From contig OY782041.1 of the NCBI GenBank assembly GCA_963677595.1, forward strand, positions 3,680,001 to 3,744,000: a stretch of DNA of 64,000 nt, written 5' to 3'. This stretch comes from Spirochaetia bacterium. Lineage in GTDB: Bacteria; Spirochaetota; Spirochaetia; CAKZLE01. Under the pieces are notes generated by a model. The model saw nothing but the letters and a program-made list of their open reading frames with translations, was not told the DNA's origin and ran no database searches. How positions within the stretch are numbered: the stretch's first letter is position 1; each line of letters opens with the position of its first letter. Positions 20,942 to 30,006 of the stretch are shown piece by piece. The position numbers and the translations under genes were made by a program.

Positions 20942-21874
20942 ATGAGTATGGGTGTAGAGAGAAGGATACGCGAGGTCCTCTGGAGCAAGGGGACTGTTGA
21001 GGGTGCAGGGGTGAAGCTGAAGCGTGCGTTCGGCTTCCATGAGAAGCCGCAGTTCGACCCCTTCCTCCTGCTCGATGATTTCAGGTCTGATGATCCCTCC
21101 TCCTTCGAGAAGGGGTTCCCCTGGCACCCCCACCGGGGGATCGAGACGGTGACCTACCTGCTCACCGGTTCTGTCGAACATGGCGACAGCCTTGGGAACC
21201 GCGGAGTGATCAATGCCGGGGATGTCCAGTGGATGAGCGCGGGCAGCGGCATCATCCACCAGGAGATGCCGAAGGGAGACGGAACGGGGCTGCTCGAGGG
21301 GTTCCAGCTGTGGGTGAACCTGCCCGCATCGAAGAAGATGTCAGACCCCGCCTACCAGTCGATCACCAGGGATATGATCCCTGAACTCTCCTTCACCAAC
21401 GGGATGGAAGTACGCCTGGTCGCAGGGGACGTCTCCGGGATCAGGGGGCCGGTTCGGGATCCCTATACCGACCCTGAACTCCTCGATATAAGGATGCCGC
21501 CGCACACGACCTATACCCACCCGACAAAGAGGGGCCATACGGTGTTCACCTACGTCATAGGAGGAGAGGCCCTCTTCACGAAGGACCAGCATGAGTTCTC
21601 ATGTGACGAGGAGAGTGAGAACTTCACCAATGCATCCCGTCACAGGAACTACCATGATGGGGCGGTCCTCCTCTATACCGACGGGAGCCAGATCACCTTC
21701 ACGACCGGGGAATCCCCGGTGAGGTTCATCCTGGGGGCCGGGAAGCCGCATCATGAACCAGTGGCATGGTACGGGCCGATCGTCATGAACACCCGGAAGG
21801 AGCTCGATGAGGCCTTCCGTGAGTACCAGGAGGGGACCTTCATCAAGGTCGGTGCGGGAGATGTCCATGGCTGA
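20942..21874 (+). CDS. Pirin family protein
   Basis: DPFLLLDDF, GFPWHPHRGIETVTY, QWMSAGSGIIHQE, FQLWVNLP, YGPIVMNT. Confidence 0.95.
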   Translation: MSMGVERRIREVLWSKGTVEGAGVKLKRAFGFHEKPQFDPFLLLDDFRSDDPSSFEKGFPWHPHRGIETVTYLLTGSVEHGDSLGNRGVINAGDVQWMSAGSGIIHQEMPKGDGTGLLEGFQLWVNLPASKKMSDPAYQSITRDMIPELSFTNGMEVRLVAGDVSGIRGPVRDPYTDPELLDIRMPPHTTYTHPTKRGHTVFTYVIGGEALFTKDQHEFSCDEESENFTNASRHRNYHDGAVLLYTDGSQITFTTGESPVRFILGAGKPHHEPVAWYGPIVMNTRKELDEAFREYQEGTFIKVGAGDVHG

Positions 21875-22322
21875 GATCCGCTACACCCATACCAACCTGG
21901 TCGCCGGTGACTGGAAGGCGCTCGCCGCCTTCTACATCGACGTATTCGGCTGCACCCCGGTACCGCCGGAACGGGACCTGGCCGGCAGCTGGATAGACCG
22001 GCTCACCGGGATCGATGGTGCCCGTATCACCGGGACACACCTGCTGCTGCCCGGTTTCGGCCCTGGTGGGCCGACCCTCGAGATCTTCCAGTATGAGCCG
22101 GACCATAAACCTGGTGACCCTGACCCGATCAACCGGCACGGGTTCGCCCATATAGCTTTCCACGTCGATGATGTGAGGCAGCTGGTGGACCGCATCATCG
22201 AGGGGGGAGGGTGCCTGCTTGGTGAGCTTGTGGACAGGCAATATGAGGACGGGAGGGTATTGACGGTCGCTTACTGCAGGGACCCGGAGGGGAACTGCCT
22301 GGAGATACAGAATTGGAGTTGA
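21867..22322 (+). CDS. VOC/glyoxalase family protein
   Basis: HTNLVA...FYIDVFG...LEIFQY...HIAFHVDDV...DPEGNCLEI. Confidence 0.9.
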   Translation: MAEIRYTHTNLVAGDWKALAAFYIDVFGCTPVPPERDLAGSWIDRLTGIDGARITGTHLLLPGFGPGGPTLEIFQYEPDHKPGDPDPINRHGFAHIAFHVDDVRQLVDRIIEGGGCLLGELVDRQYEDGRVLTVAYCRDPEGNCLEIQNWS

Positions 22323-22340
22323 TTACAAGGAGATACACCT

Positions 22341-23042
22341 ATGGGACGAGCCAAGACTTTTCTGGCCTACTACAACAAGATCGAGAAGACACTCGAATCA
22401 CTCTATACCGGTCCTGAAGAACATATGAGCTTCTATGAGCTCATCCAGACCTTGCGGCGGACCAATAGGCAGGTAGCCTATTTTGCCGATGAGCTGCACG
22501 AGTACCGCACCCTGCGGAACGCCATCGTGCATGATACCGTCGGTGACATGGTGATCGCGGAACCCTGTGAGACCGTCGTCGTGAGGATCAGGAAGATCCA
22601 TGAACTGCTGACGAAGCCGGCACTGGTCATGGACCTGTGCAAGGGCCAGGAGGTCGTGAGCCTCACGTTCACCGACAGCCTGCAGCAGGTCCTCTCCCTC
22701 ATCCGTGATACTGGGTATTCCCAGTTCCCGGTCATCGACTGCAAACGGGTCATCGGGATCCTCACCAGCCATACCGCTGCCTCATACCTGGCAGACAGGA
22801 TGCAGGGGAACGAGTTGATCATCGACAAAGCGACCGTCTCGGACCTCTTCAGGGTCAGCGATGACAAGGAGGACTTCATGGTCATCGCCAGGACCTCGAC
22901 CGTATATGATGTGAGTGTGCTGATCAGGAAACACCCGAAGGTCTCGATGTTCATCGTGACCGAGAGCGGTAAGCCGACACAGCACCTGCTCGGCGTGCTG
23001 ACAGCAGCTGACTTCCACCGGGTCTACGGGATGAGGAACTAA
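22341..23042 (+). CDS. HEPN-like (Rx4H) N-terminal domain fused to a CBS pair
   Basis: FLAYYNKIEKTL...LRNAIVH in N-terminal helical domain; YSQFPVID...IGILT and LLGVLTAAD CBS motifs. Confidence 0.75.
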   Translation: MGRAKTFLAYYNKIEKTLESLYTGPEEHMSFYELIQTLRRTNRQVAYFADELHEYRTLRNAIVHDTVGDMVIAEPCETVVVRIRKIHELLTKPALVMDLCKGQEVVSLTFTDSLQQVLSLIRDTGYSQFPVIDCKRVIGILTSHTAASYLADRMQGNELIIDKATVSDLFRVSDDKEDFMVIARTSTVYDVSVLIRKHPKVSMFIVTESGKPTQHLLGVLTAADFHRVYGMRN

Positions 23043-23051
23043 CAGGCTCCC

Positions 23052-23753
23052 ATGACATTGAGAGAGCGCTATAGCCAGATATATATGCAAACCCTTGAGA
23101 CGATCGAACGGGATGGGTTCTCCTATGATACCACGATCATCGAACCATCTGATGATCGGTACGGTCTCACTCTCATCGGGAGGATGACCTCTGGAGGACT
23201 CCATTCGGAGGTGCAGGGACTGTACGGGGAGATCGGGAAGGCTGCCCCCGGCAGCTACCTCTATCCGGTAGCGGACCTCCACATCACGGTGCTGAGCCTC
23301 ATCGAGTGTGCGGCGGGCAGGACCTTCAGCCCCGATGAGCTTCAGGAGCATGCCGCCCTCCTTATGGAAGCTCTCCATGATGTCGGGCCGATCCGCGTCG
23401 ACGTCACCGGCCTGATCGCCTCTCCCACCTGCCTCATGCTCGCGGGCTACCCTGAACATGATCAGCTGAACCACCTGCGGGACCGGATCAGGTCAGGGTA
23501 TGGGAAGCATCCTTCGATCTCCCATACGATCGACTCACGGTATACCCAGGTGACAGCCCATGTCACGATCGCCCGCTTCACCCGGCCGGTGAACGACAGC
23601 AGGAGGGTATTGGACATCCTGGAACGGTACCGGAAGCACCCCTTCGGGAAGCAGGTTCTGAGGACTCTCGAACTCGTGACGAACGACTGGTGCCTCACGT
23701 CCGGGAGGACGAAGAAGATCGCTGTCTTCCCCCTGCGGGAGGATCATACGTGA
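23052..23753 (+). CDS. 2H phosphoesterase (2'-5' RNA ligase / cyclic phosphodiesterase family)
   Basis: Two HxT motifs: LHITVL and AHVTIA. Confidence 0.8.
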   Translation: MTLRERYSQIYMQTLETIERDGFSYDTTIIEPSDDRYGLTLIGRMTSGGLHSEVQGLYGEIGKAAPGSYLYPVADLHITVLSLIECAAGRTFSPDELQEHAALLMEALHDVGPIRVDVTGLIASPTCLMLAGYPEHDQLNHLRDRIRSGYGKHPSISHTIDSRYTQVTAHVTIARFTRPVNDSRRVLDILERYRKHPFGKQVLRTLELVTNDWCLTSGRTKKIAVFPLREDHT

Positions 23754-24637
23754 GCCTGATAGACCTCCACATCCACAGCAGGGTGAGCCTAGACGGTGAG
23801 TTCTCCCCGGCTGAACTCGTCTCGAAGTGCGCTGCTGCAGGCCTTACGTACATCTCGGTGACTGACCACAACAGCTGCAGGGCGGTCGCCGAGGCAGTCT
23901 CACTCGCAGTCCAGGCGGGTATTACCTGCATCCCGGGGATTGAGATCGACTCGATCTTCGAGGGTAGGAACCTGCATCTGCTCGGGTACGGGGTAGATCC
24001 CGCCGCTGAGACCTTCGAGGCACTGCATGTTCGGGTGCTGGAACGGGAGCGGAGTGTCTCCTTCGAGCGCATCGAGCGGGTGAACCGCCTTGGGTTCGAC
24101 CTCTCCATCGAAGATTTCCCGCAGTTCGAATCGCGGGGGACCGTTGCCCCGGAAGATATTGCGGCAGTACTCCTCTTGGCAGAGGATGCCGACAGCATCG
24201 ACCTGCTAAAGCCCTACCTGCCCGGCGGCAGCCGGTCAGACAACCCCTATGCGAACTTCTACTGGGACTTCTTCGCTGACGGTAAGCCCTGCTGGTGCGA
24301 TATGGGGTGGATCACGCTGCAGGAGGCCGTGAAGCTGGTCATCGATGCAGGGGGAGTCCCCGTCCTGGCTCATCCCGGGGTCACCATCGGTCGCGATGAG
24401 GAGACAGCAGAAAAGGTCGTGGAATTGGGCGTGCAGGGGATCGAGTGCTTCTCTTCCTACCATGACTCGAAGATGAGTGAGTCCTGGTATGCGTTTGCGA
24501 AGCACCGCGGTCTGACGGTAACTGCCGGGAGTGATTACCACGGGTATTTCAAGCCTTCGGTGAAGCTCGGCGGCGACCATGCGACCATAGCTGATGAAGA
24601 ACTCTTAGACTGTATCGATAGACTCATCCGGAAGTGA
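23750..24637 (+). CDS. PHP-domain phosphoesterase (TrpH/YciV-like)
   Basis: IDLHIHSRVSLDG, TDHN, GIEID, HLLGY, LAHP, GSDYHG; GTGA overlap with 2H gene. Confidence 0.9.
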   Translation: MSLIDLHIHSRVSLDGEFSPAELVSKCAAAGLTYISVTDHNSCRAVAEAVSLAVQAGITCIPGIEIDSIFEGRNLHLLGYGVDPAAETFEALHVRVLERERSVSFERIERVNRLGFDLSIEDFPQFESRGTVAPEDIAAVLLLAEDADSIDLLKPYLPGGSRSDNPYANFYWDFFADGKPCWCDMGWITLQEAVKLVIDAGGVPVLAHPGVTIGRDEETAEKVVELGVQGIECFSSYHDSKMSESWYAFAKHRGLTVTAGSDYHGYFKPSVKLGGDHATIADEELLDCIDRLIRK

Positions 24638-24647
24638 GGGGGAAACC

Positions 24648-24839
24648 ATGAAAAGACGACTGTTCCTACTGTTCTCAGGGATCGAATGCGCAACGCTCGC
24701 GGTCCTGATCTATCTTGCTCTTACTGCCCTGCAGGCAGCAGGGCTCGATGCACGCATCCTGCTGAGCATCATCTTCCCACTCTTCGTGTTCATCGTGCAG
24801 TACTTCATCTATGATGCTGCCTACACTATGGGGGAATAG
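24648..24839 (+). CDS. Small two-TM membrane protein
   Basis: GAGGGGG RBS, 63 aa, two hydrophobic segments, 10 bp after PHP gene. Confidence 0.55.
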   Translation: MKRRLFLLFSGIECATLAVLIYLALTALQAAGLDARILLSIIFPLFVFIVQYFIYDAAYTMGE

Positions 24840-24859
24840 CAGCCCGTCACCGCTTTGGA

Positions 24860-24906
24860 TTGACAAAACCGCATGCTCTGGTAAGATATGAGTTAACGAT
24901 AACGCA
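24860..24906 (+). promoter_or_regulatory. Sigma-70 promoter and LacI-type operator
   Basis: TTGACA-16-(TGG)TAAGAT, then imperfect palindrome TGAGTTAAC|GATAACGCA centred on CG. Confidence 0.6.
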
Positions 24907-24923
24907 GGTGGTATACGGGGCAT

Positions 24924-25982
24924 ATGGCAACGATTAAGGATATTGCTACACAGGCTGGCGTCTCGATCGGCACAGTGGACCGGATCATACATAAACGGGG
25001 ACGGTACTCGTCCCGTACGGCTGACAGGGTCCTCCGGATCATGGAAGAGCTCGACTACCATCCCAACATACATGCACGGGGTCTCAAGAACTCCCGTCTT
25101 CACCGGTTCTGTGCCGTCATCCCAATGCGCGACCAGGATAACGGGTACTGGTCCCTGGTACGTGACGGTATCCTGAAGGGGATGGAAGAACTCGTCTCCT
25201 TCGGGGTCGCCGTCGAGATCGTGGAATATGACCGCTACAGCGGTGCAGCCCTGGCCGAAGCCCTGGAGCGTGCTGCAAGCCAGGAGCCGGAGGGCCTCCT
25301 CATAGCCCCGGCAGACCCCCAGGTCGTCGAGGAGTACCTGCAGGGATCACCGGTACCGGTGATCTGCATCGATTCCAGCGTGGACTCATCCCATATGCTC
25401 TCTTATATCGGGCAGGACTCCTACCAGAGCGGTGTCCTCTCGGCCAAGCTGATGAGCCTCCTGCTCCAGGGGAAGGAGTCGCCGCAGTTGCTCATCATCC
25501 ACCCTCCTGGGAACCACCGTCACCACCGGGAACGGGCACGGGGGTTCTCGGAGAGCCTGACTGCCAGGATCCCTGGGGCCCGGGTACACACCATCACCGA
25601 AGAGGAGGAGGGTGGCTCTTCACTGCAGGGGTTCCTCTCTGGTCTGGTCCCTGACCAGAAGCCGGATGGGATCTTCGTGTCGAACTCCCATGTCTATTAC
25701 GTGGCAGGCTGCTGCCGGGAGCTATCCTGGAAGACCGGACATATACCGCTGATCGGGTATGACTACATCCCGGAGGGAAAGGCCATGATAGAGGATGGGA
25801 CCATCGATTTCATCATCACCCAGGAGCCGCAGCTGCAGGGCAACCAGGGGATCCTGAACCTCTACCAGGCGGTGGTTCTCAACCGGGAACTCGAACGGGA
25901 GATCCATACCCCGCTCACGATCCTGACCTCGGAGAATCTCGAGGAATACCTCAAGAACGGCATAACAGGAGGTGCATCTTGA
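24924..25982 (+). CDS. LacI family transcriptional regulator
   Basis: TIKDIATQAGVSIGTVDRII HTH, YHPNIHARGL hinge, sugar-binding domain. Confidence 0.93.
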   Translation: MATIKDIATQAGVSIGTVDRIIHKRGRYSSRTADRVLRIMEELDYHPNIHARGLKNSRLHRFCAVIPMRDQDNGYWSLVRDGILKGMEELVSFGVAVEIVEYDRYSGAALAEALERAASQEPEGLLIAPADPQVVEEYLQGSPVPVICIDSSVDSSHMLSYIGQDSYQSGVLSAKLMSLLLQGKESPQLLIIHPPGNHRHHRERARGFSESLTARIPGARVHTITEEEEGGSSLQGFLSGLVPDQKPDGIFVSNSHVYYVAGCCRELSWKTGHIPLIGYDYIPEGKAMIEDGTIDFIITQEPQLQGNQGILNLYQAVVLNRELEREIHTPLTILTSENLEEYLKNGITGGAS

Positions 25983-26461
25983 TCAAGCGGTATCAAGCGG
26001 GACTGGAGGGGGAGATCTCACACTTCATCCGACGGGTCTTCGATCAGTTCATAGGCAGGGACTACTCAGAGGAGGGCAGGGAGACGTTCTACCGGTTCAC
26101 ATCCCCGGAATCGATCCGTTCGAACTTCCTTGGGCAGAATCTCCTGCTGTGCCACTACAGCGGCGATGTCCTTACCGGGGTGATAGCTCTCCGGGCCCCT
26201 GGGCATATCAGCCTGCTCTTCGTCGACCCCCAGTACCACCGGCAGGGCATAGCTTCCGGCCTCTTCAGGGAGCTGCTGCACATCCTGCCCGATGCGTCGG
26301 TCCACCTGAGCGTGAACTCCTCACCCTACGCGGTCGAAGCCTATGGGCATCTGGGGTTCGAGGTGAGTGACCTAGAGCAGCTCAAGGATGGGATCATCTA
26401 TATCCCCATGCGCACTACCCTGGATGCGGGACAGCTGCTATCCCGGATGACCCTAGCGTGA
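25979..26461 (+). CDS. GNAT family N-acetyltransferase
   Basis: HISLLFVDPQYHRQGIASGL, VNSSPYAVEAYGHLGF. Confidence 0.88.
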   Translation: MIKRYQAGLEGEISHFIRRVFDQFIGRDYSEEGRETFYRFTSPESIRSNFLGQNLLLCHYSGDVLTGVIALRAPGHISLLFVDPQYHRQGIASGLFRELLHILPDASVHLSVNSSPYAVEAYGHLGFEVSDLEQLKDGIIYIPMRTTLDAGQLLSRMTLA

Positions 26462-26496
26462 TTGACATCGGGTACGCAACACCCTATATTCATGGT

Positions 26497-27759
26497 ATGG
26501 ATCAAGAGTTCGAGTTCCGCCTGGACAATGCCGCAAAGATCTTCGCCGCTCAGCACTCAAAGCGCCGGACCACCATGTTCAGGCTGTCAGCGGACCTGTC
26601 TGAGCCAGTGAACCTCGATCGGCTCACGACTGCCTACGAGCACATGCTCATTCGGTGTCCTTATTACCGGGTGCAGTTGAGGAGGGGACTCTTCTGGTAC
26701 TATATCGAGCCGTGTGAGACGAAGGCCCATGTCGAGGCTGAGAGTCGATATCCCTGCATGTACATCCCATTCAAGCGACGCGGTATGCTCCCGTTCCGGG
26801 TGCTTGCCTATAAACAACGGATCATCTTCGAGGTCGCCCATCTCATTACCGACGGGACTGGTGCCCTCGAGTTCCTCAACGGCATCATCCTCGAGTACCT
26901 GCGCCTTGGCGGGCACGAGATACCATCCGAGCATATGGTCCTTGACTGCCGGGAGCCCCTGGACCCGGCGGAGTTCGAGGACAGTTTCCAGCAGCTCTAT
27001 GAGAAGGGGATCCCCGGCCCGGTCAAGACCGACCGTGCCTACCAGGTCAGGGGGAGGGCGCTTCGGGTACCGCGCTATGATATCATCGAGGGGATCATGG
27101 AGAGCGATGCCCTGAAGCTGGAGGCGAAGAAGTACGGTGCGACCATCGGCGAGTTCCTCACGGCCCTCCTGCTCGACACCCTGATGAACGATATGCTCGT
27201 CCATAGCCGCCGGAAGAAGCCGGTGAGGATAAGCATCCCGATAAACCTGCGGAAGATGTTCCCCTCGCAGACCATGCGGAACTTCGCCCTGACGATCGAA
27301 CCCGGCATCGACCCGAGGCTCGGTTCCTTCAGCTTCGAGGAGATCGTGGAAAAGGTGAGGCAGTTCATGAAGATGGAACTCGACCAGCGGTCCATCAAGC
27401 GACAGATCGCGAGGAATGTGGGGAGTGAGCGGAATCCCTTCGTGCGGATCATCCCACTCTCCCTCAAGGATCCCATCCTGAGGAAGTTCTATGAGCGCTT
27501 CGGCAGCATCACCTTCACGCTGAGTCTCTCCAACCTCGGGAGGGTAGAGCTGCCCGAGGGAATGAAAGAACATGTGAGGGCCTACCAGTTCATCCCGCCG
27601 CCCCACGGGAGGAAGCTCAGCGTCACCTCCATTGCCTACGGGGGGAAGACCAGCATCATCTTCGGGAGTACGATCACGAATACCGAGATCGAGCAAAGTT
27701 TCTTCTCAAAGTTGAGAAAGATGGGGATCCATGTCACAATAAAGACGAACAGGAGATGA
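26497..27759 (+). CDS. Condensation-fold / alcohol acetyltransferase-like acyltransferase
   Basis: RLDNAAKIF, HLITDG (HxxxDG), IPINLRK, SLSNLG. Confidence 0.8.
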   Translation: MDQEFEFRLDNAAKIFAAQHSKRRTTMFRLSADLSEPVNLDRLTTAYEHMLIRCPYYRVQLRRGLFWYYIEPCETKAHVEAESRYPCMYIPFKRRGMLPFRVLAYKQRIIFEVAHLITDGTGALEFLNGIILEYLRLGGHEIPSEHMVLDCREPLDPAEFEDSFQQLYEKGIPGPVKTDRAYQVRGRALRVPRYDIIEGIMESDALKLEAKKYGATIGEFLTALLLDTLMNDMLVHSRRKKPVRISIPINLRKMFPSQTMRNFALTIEPGIDPRLGSFSFEEIVEKVRQFMKMELDQRSIKRQIARNVGSERNPFVRIIPLSLKDPILRKFYERFGSITFTLSLSNLGRVELPEGMKEHVRAYQFIPPPHGRKLSVTSIAYGGKTSIIFGSTITNTEIEQSFFSKLRKMGIHVTIKTNRR

Positions 27760-28631
27760 TGAGTATGCCATATTGCCCGAGATGCGGAGTGGAGATCGAA
27801 GACCGGCTTGAACGATGTCCCCTCTGCGAGACCCCGATCCCCCATGCCGTCAGGGATGCTGAAAAAGCCCATGAACGCGATTTCCCCAAGGATGTGATTC
27901 GCCCGAAGCCGATGTACCGTGAGCTTTCTGATAAGGAGAAGCGGGTGCTCGTGACCGGGTTGATTGCCTTCGTTGGCCTCTTCCCCATCGCCATCACCAT
28001 GGGACTTGACCTGCTGCGTTCCGGCAGGGTCACCTGGTCTTACTATGTGCTCGTGCCGGTATTGGGTGCTGCACTCATCGCCTGGTTCTTCTACCGGTTC
28101 GGGAGGAGACCGCTGGTCTCGGTCACCACCTGTATGGTCATCCTCCTCCTGATCGAGATCCTCATCGAGATGAAGGTCTCCTCCGTGAGCAGGTTCCTCA
28201 TAGAGGACCTTCCATTCTTCGCCGCAGCCTTCCTCGCGATCGAACTGCTGCTCATCTTCATCGTGAAGGCACACCCGAACCCCGTGCAGCTGCTGGCCGT
28301 CATCTTCATCGACACGTCACTCCTGGTGATCGGGATAGACTGGATCATCTCCCAGTCGGTCTCCTGGTCAGGGATCGTGACTGTATGCCTGTTGTGGGTA
28401 TCGGTCTACCTGATCTATATCGACAGGACCAAGAGACGGGGCCTCAACATCATCGGGTTCCTCTTTCTCGATGTAGCCATGATGCTGCTCTCCCTTGAGC
28501 TGGCGATCAGCGGGAGGATGAACTGGTCGATCGTGACGACCATGATCTTCATACCGATCAGCATCCTCTTCTACATCCTCCACCTCACGCTGTTCAACGA
28601 CACGGACTGGAAGAAGGCCCTGCACCTGTAA
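27756..28631 (+). CDS. Zinc-ribbon plus multi-TM membrane protein (DUF6320-like)
   Basis: CPRCGVEI...CPLC at N-terminus, many TM segments, KKALHL C-terminus; ATGA overlap with acyltransferase. Confidence 0.7.
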   Translation: MMSMPYCPRCGVEIEDRLERCPLCETPIPHAVRDAEKAHERDFPKDVIRPKPMYRELSDKEKRVLVTGLIAFVGLFPIAITMGLDLLRSGRVTWSYYVLVPVLGAALIAWFFYRFGRRPLVSVTTCMVILLLIEILIEMKVSSVSRFLIEDLPFFAAAFLAIELLLIFIVKAHPNPVQLLAVIFIDTSLLVIGIDWIISQSVSWSGIVTVCLLWVSVYLIYIDRTKRRGLNIIGFLFLDVAMMLLSLELAISGRMNWSIVTTMIFIPISILFYILHLTLFNDTDWKKALHL

Positions 28632-28632
28632 A

Positions 28633-28659
28633 TGGTACAGGGGTAAGCTCCCCTGTACC
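28633..28659. terminator. Hairpin between convergent genes
   Basis: GGTACAGGGG...CCCCTGTACC inverted repeat. Confidence 0.6.
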
Positions 28660-28666
28660 CATTCGA

Positions 28667-29098
28667 CTACCTGCAAAACACCTGGATGGTGGCATCCTCG
28701 GAATCGACATCAACCTTCAGCTCCTCGAGGGCACTCATGAGCTCCTTGATGTTGTCAGGCTTGATGTTGCTCAGGTCGAAGGCGACCCCGTTCTCAGCCA
28801 TGGATGACTGTATCTTCTCCTGTGCCTCCTTCGGGATCAGCCCGGCGATGTTCAGCCCTGCCTTGAGCAGCGCGAAGGGAACCTTGACCGAGACCCGGTC
28901 CTGTGATTTCCCCTCCTTCGGCTCCACCTGGACGTAGAGGTACTTGTTGTCGAAGGCATCCCCGATCATACCGTTGACATCCAACGGCTGTGCCGGGACC
29001 CTGCTCGTCTCCACTGCGCTGAGCAGCTTCTCTGCCTCCTCAGCGGTGATCTTCCCTTCTGCGAGCATCTGCAGGATGCGTAATCTCTCTTCAGCCAT
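28667..29098 (-). CDS. SHOCT-like domain protein
   Basis: EERLRILQMLAEGKITAEEAEKLLSA; VSVKVPFALLKAGL. Confidence 0.8.
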   Translation of the reverse strand: MAEERLRILQMLAEGKITAEEAEKLLSAVETSRVPAQPLDVNGMIGDAFDNKYLYVQVEPKEGKSQDRVSVKVPFALLKAGLNIAGLIPKEAQEKIQSSMAENGVAFDLSNIKPDNIKELMSALEELKVDVDSEDATIQVFCR

Positions 29099-29118
29099 GA
29101 TAAATCTCCTATAAAACC

Positions 29119-29385
29119 TTACTTCACGAACAGTGATATATCTGAATCATTCGAATGAAACTCTACTTCGGTCCCCCTCATCGAGGAGAACAGCACCGGG
29201 AGATGGAGGAAGATGCGCACCGCACCCTCTGCAGACAGGGACCCCGACAGTCTGGTGAAGGGGTAGGCGATGATGCACAGCACATAGAACGGCAGCAGCA
29301 GGATGTATACCAGCAGCAGGGGCAGCAACAGCCGAAAGGAGTGGTTCTCATCCCGGATTCGTATCCACAGGATCATGGGCAGCAT
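29119..29385 (-). CDS. Small membrane protein
   Basis: Hydrophobic core, coupled to DUF2089 gene. Confidence 0.65.
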   Translation of the reverse strand: MLPMILWIRIRDENHSFRLLLPLLLVYILLLPFYVLCIIAYPFTRLSGSLSAEGAVRIFLHLPVLFSSMRGTEVEFHSNDSDISLFVK

Positions 29386-29750
29386 CAGCTTATCTCCTTC
29401 AGTGCATCCTCTGCACTGATCTCACCCCGTTCGAGGCGGTCGAGGACCGTCGAGACCGACTCCTTGATGTCGACGGTGATCCCCACGATCTCGAGCTTGC
29501 CCGCTATGGCATTGAGCCGGTTCTTCACGGTCGGGTAGCTGATCCCGAAGATGGTTTCCATCTGCTTGATCGAACCATGCGTCTTGATGAAGGCAGCCAC
29601 GAAGAGCTGGTCGTCCATGCCAAGCTGTGCGAGCGGGGGTACGTCAAAGGTCCCCTCGATCTCGATATCCTCCTCCGGGATATAGACCTTCCTGATCTGG
29701 AACTTCCTGTCCCCTACGAGGGAACTCAACTTCTTCCAATCGTGTCTCAT
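29385..29750 (-). CDS. DUF2089 family HTH protein
   Basis: FIKTHGSIKQMETIFGISYPTVKNRLN, VLDRLERGEISAEDAL; GGAGG RBS before ATG 29750. Confidence 0.85.
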   Translation of the reverse strand: MRHDWKKLSSLVGDRKFQIRKVYIPEEDIEIEGTFDVPPLAQLGMDDQLFVAAFIKTHGSIKQMETIFGISYPTVKNRLNAIAGKLEIVGITVDIKESVSTVLDRLERGEISAEDALKEIS

Positions 29751-30006
29751 CGCTTCCTCCGATACTTGAATGATACGGCTGTACTTGAAGAAAGTCAAGT
29801 ATAAACTTAAATAAATTAATTGTAGAATTAATAAAATTAATATTTACATTGGCATAGATGAAAATCATGTACTGAGGAAGACAGTAAAGCCTCCTCAGGA
29901 CGAAGGCGGCAATACCTGCTGCGGGAAGCCAGGGTTTCGATAGATTTTGAAAAATACCCATTCCTATGATAGGGTAGAGTATAACGAAAAGTCATAAGGA
30001 AAAAGT

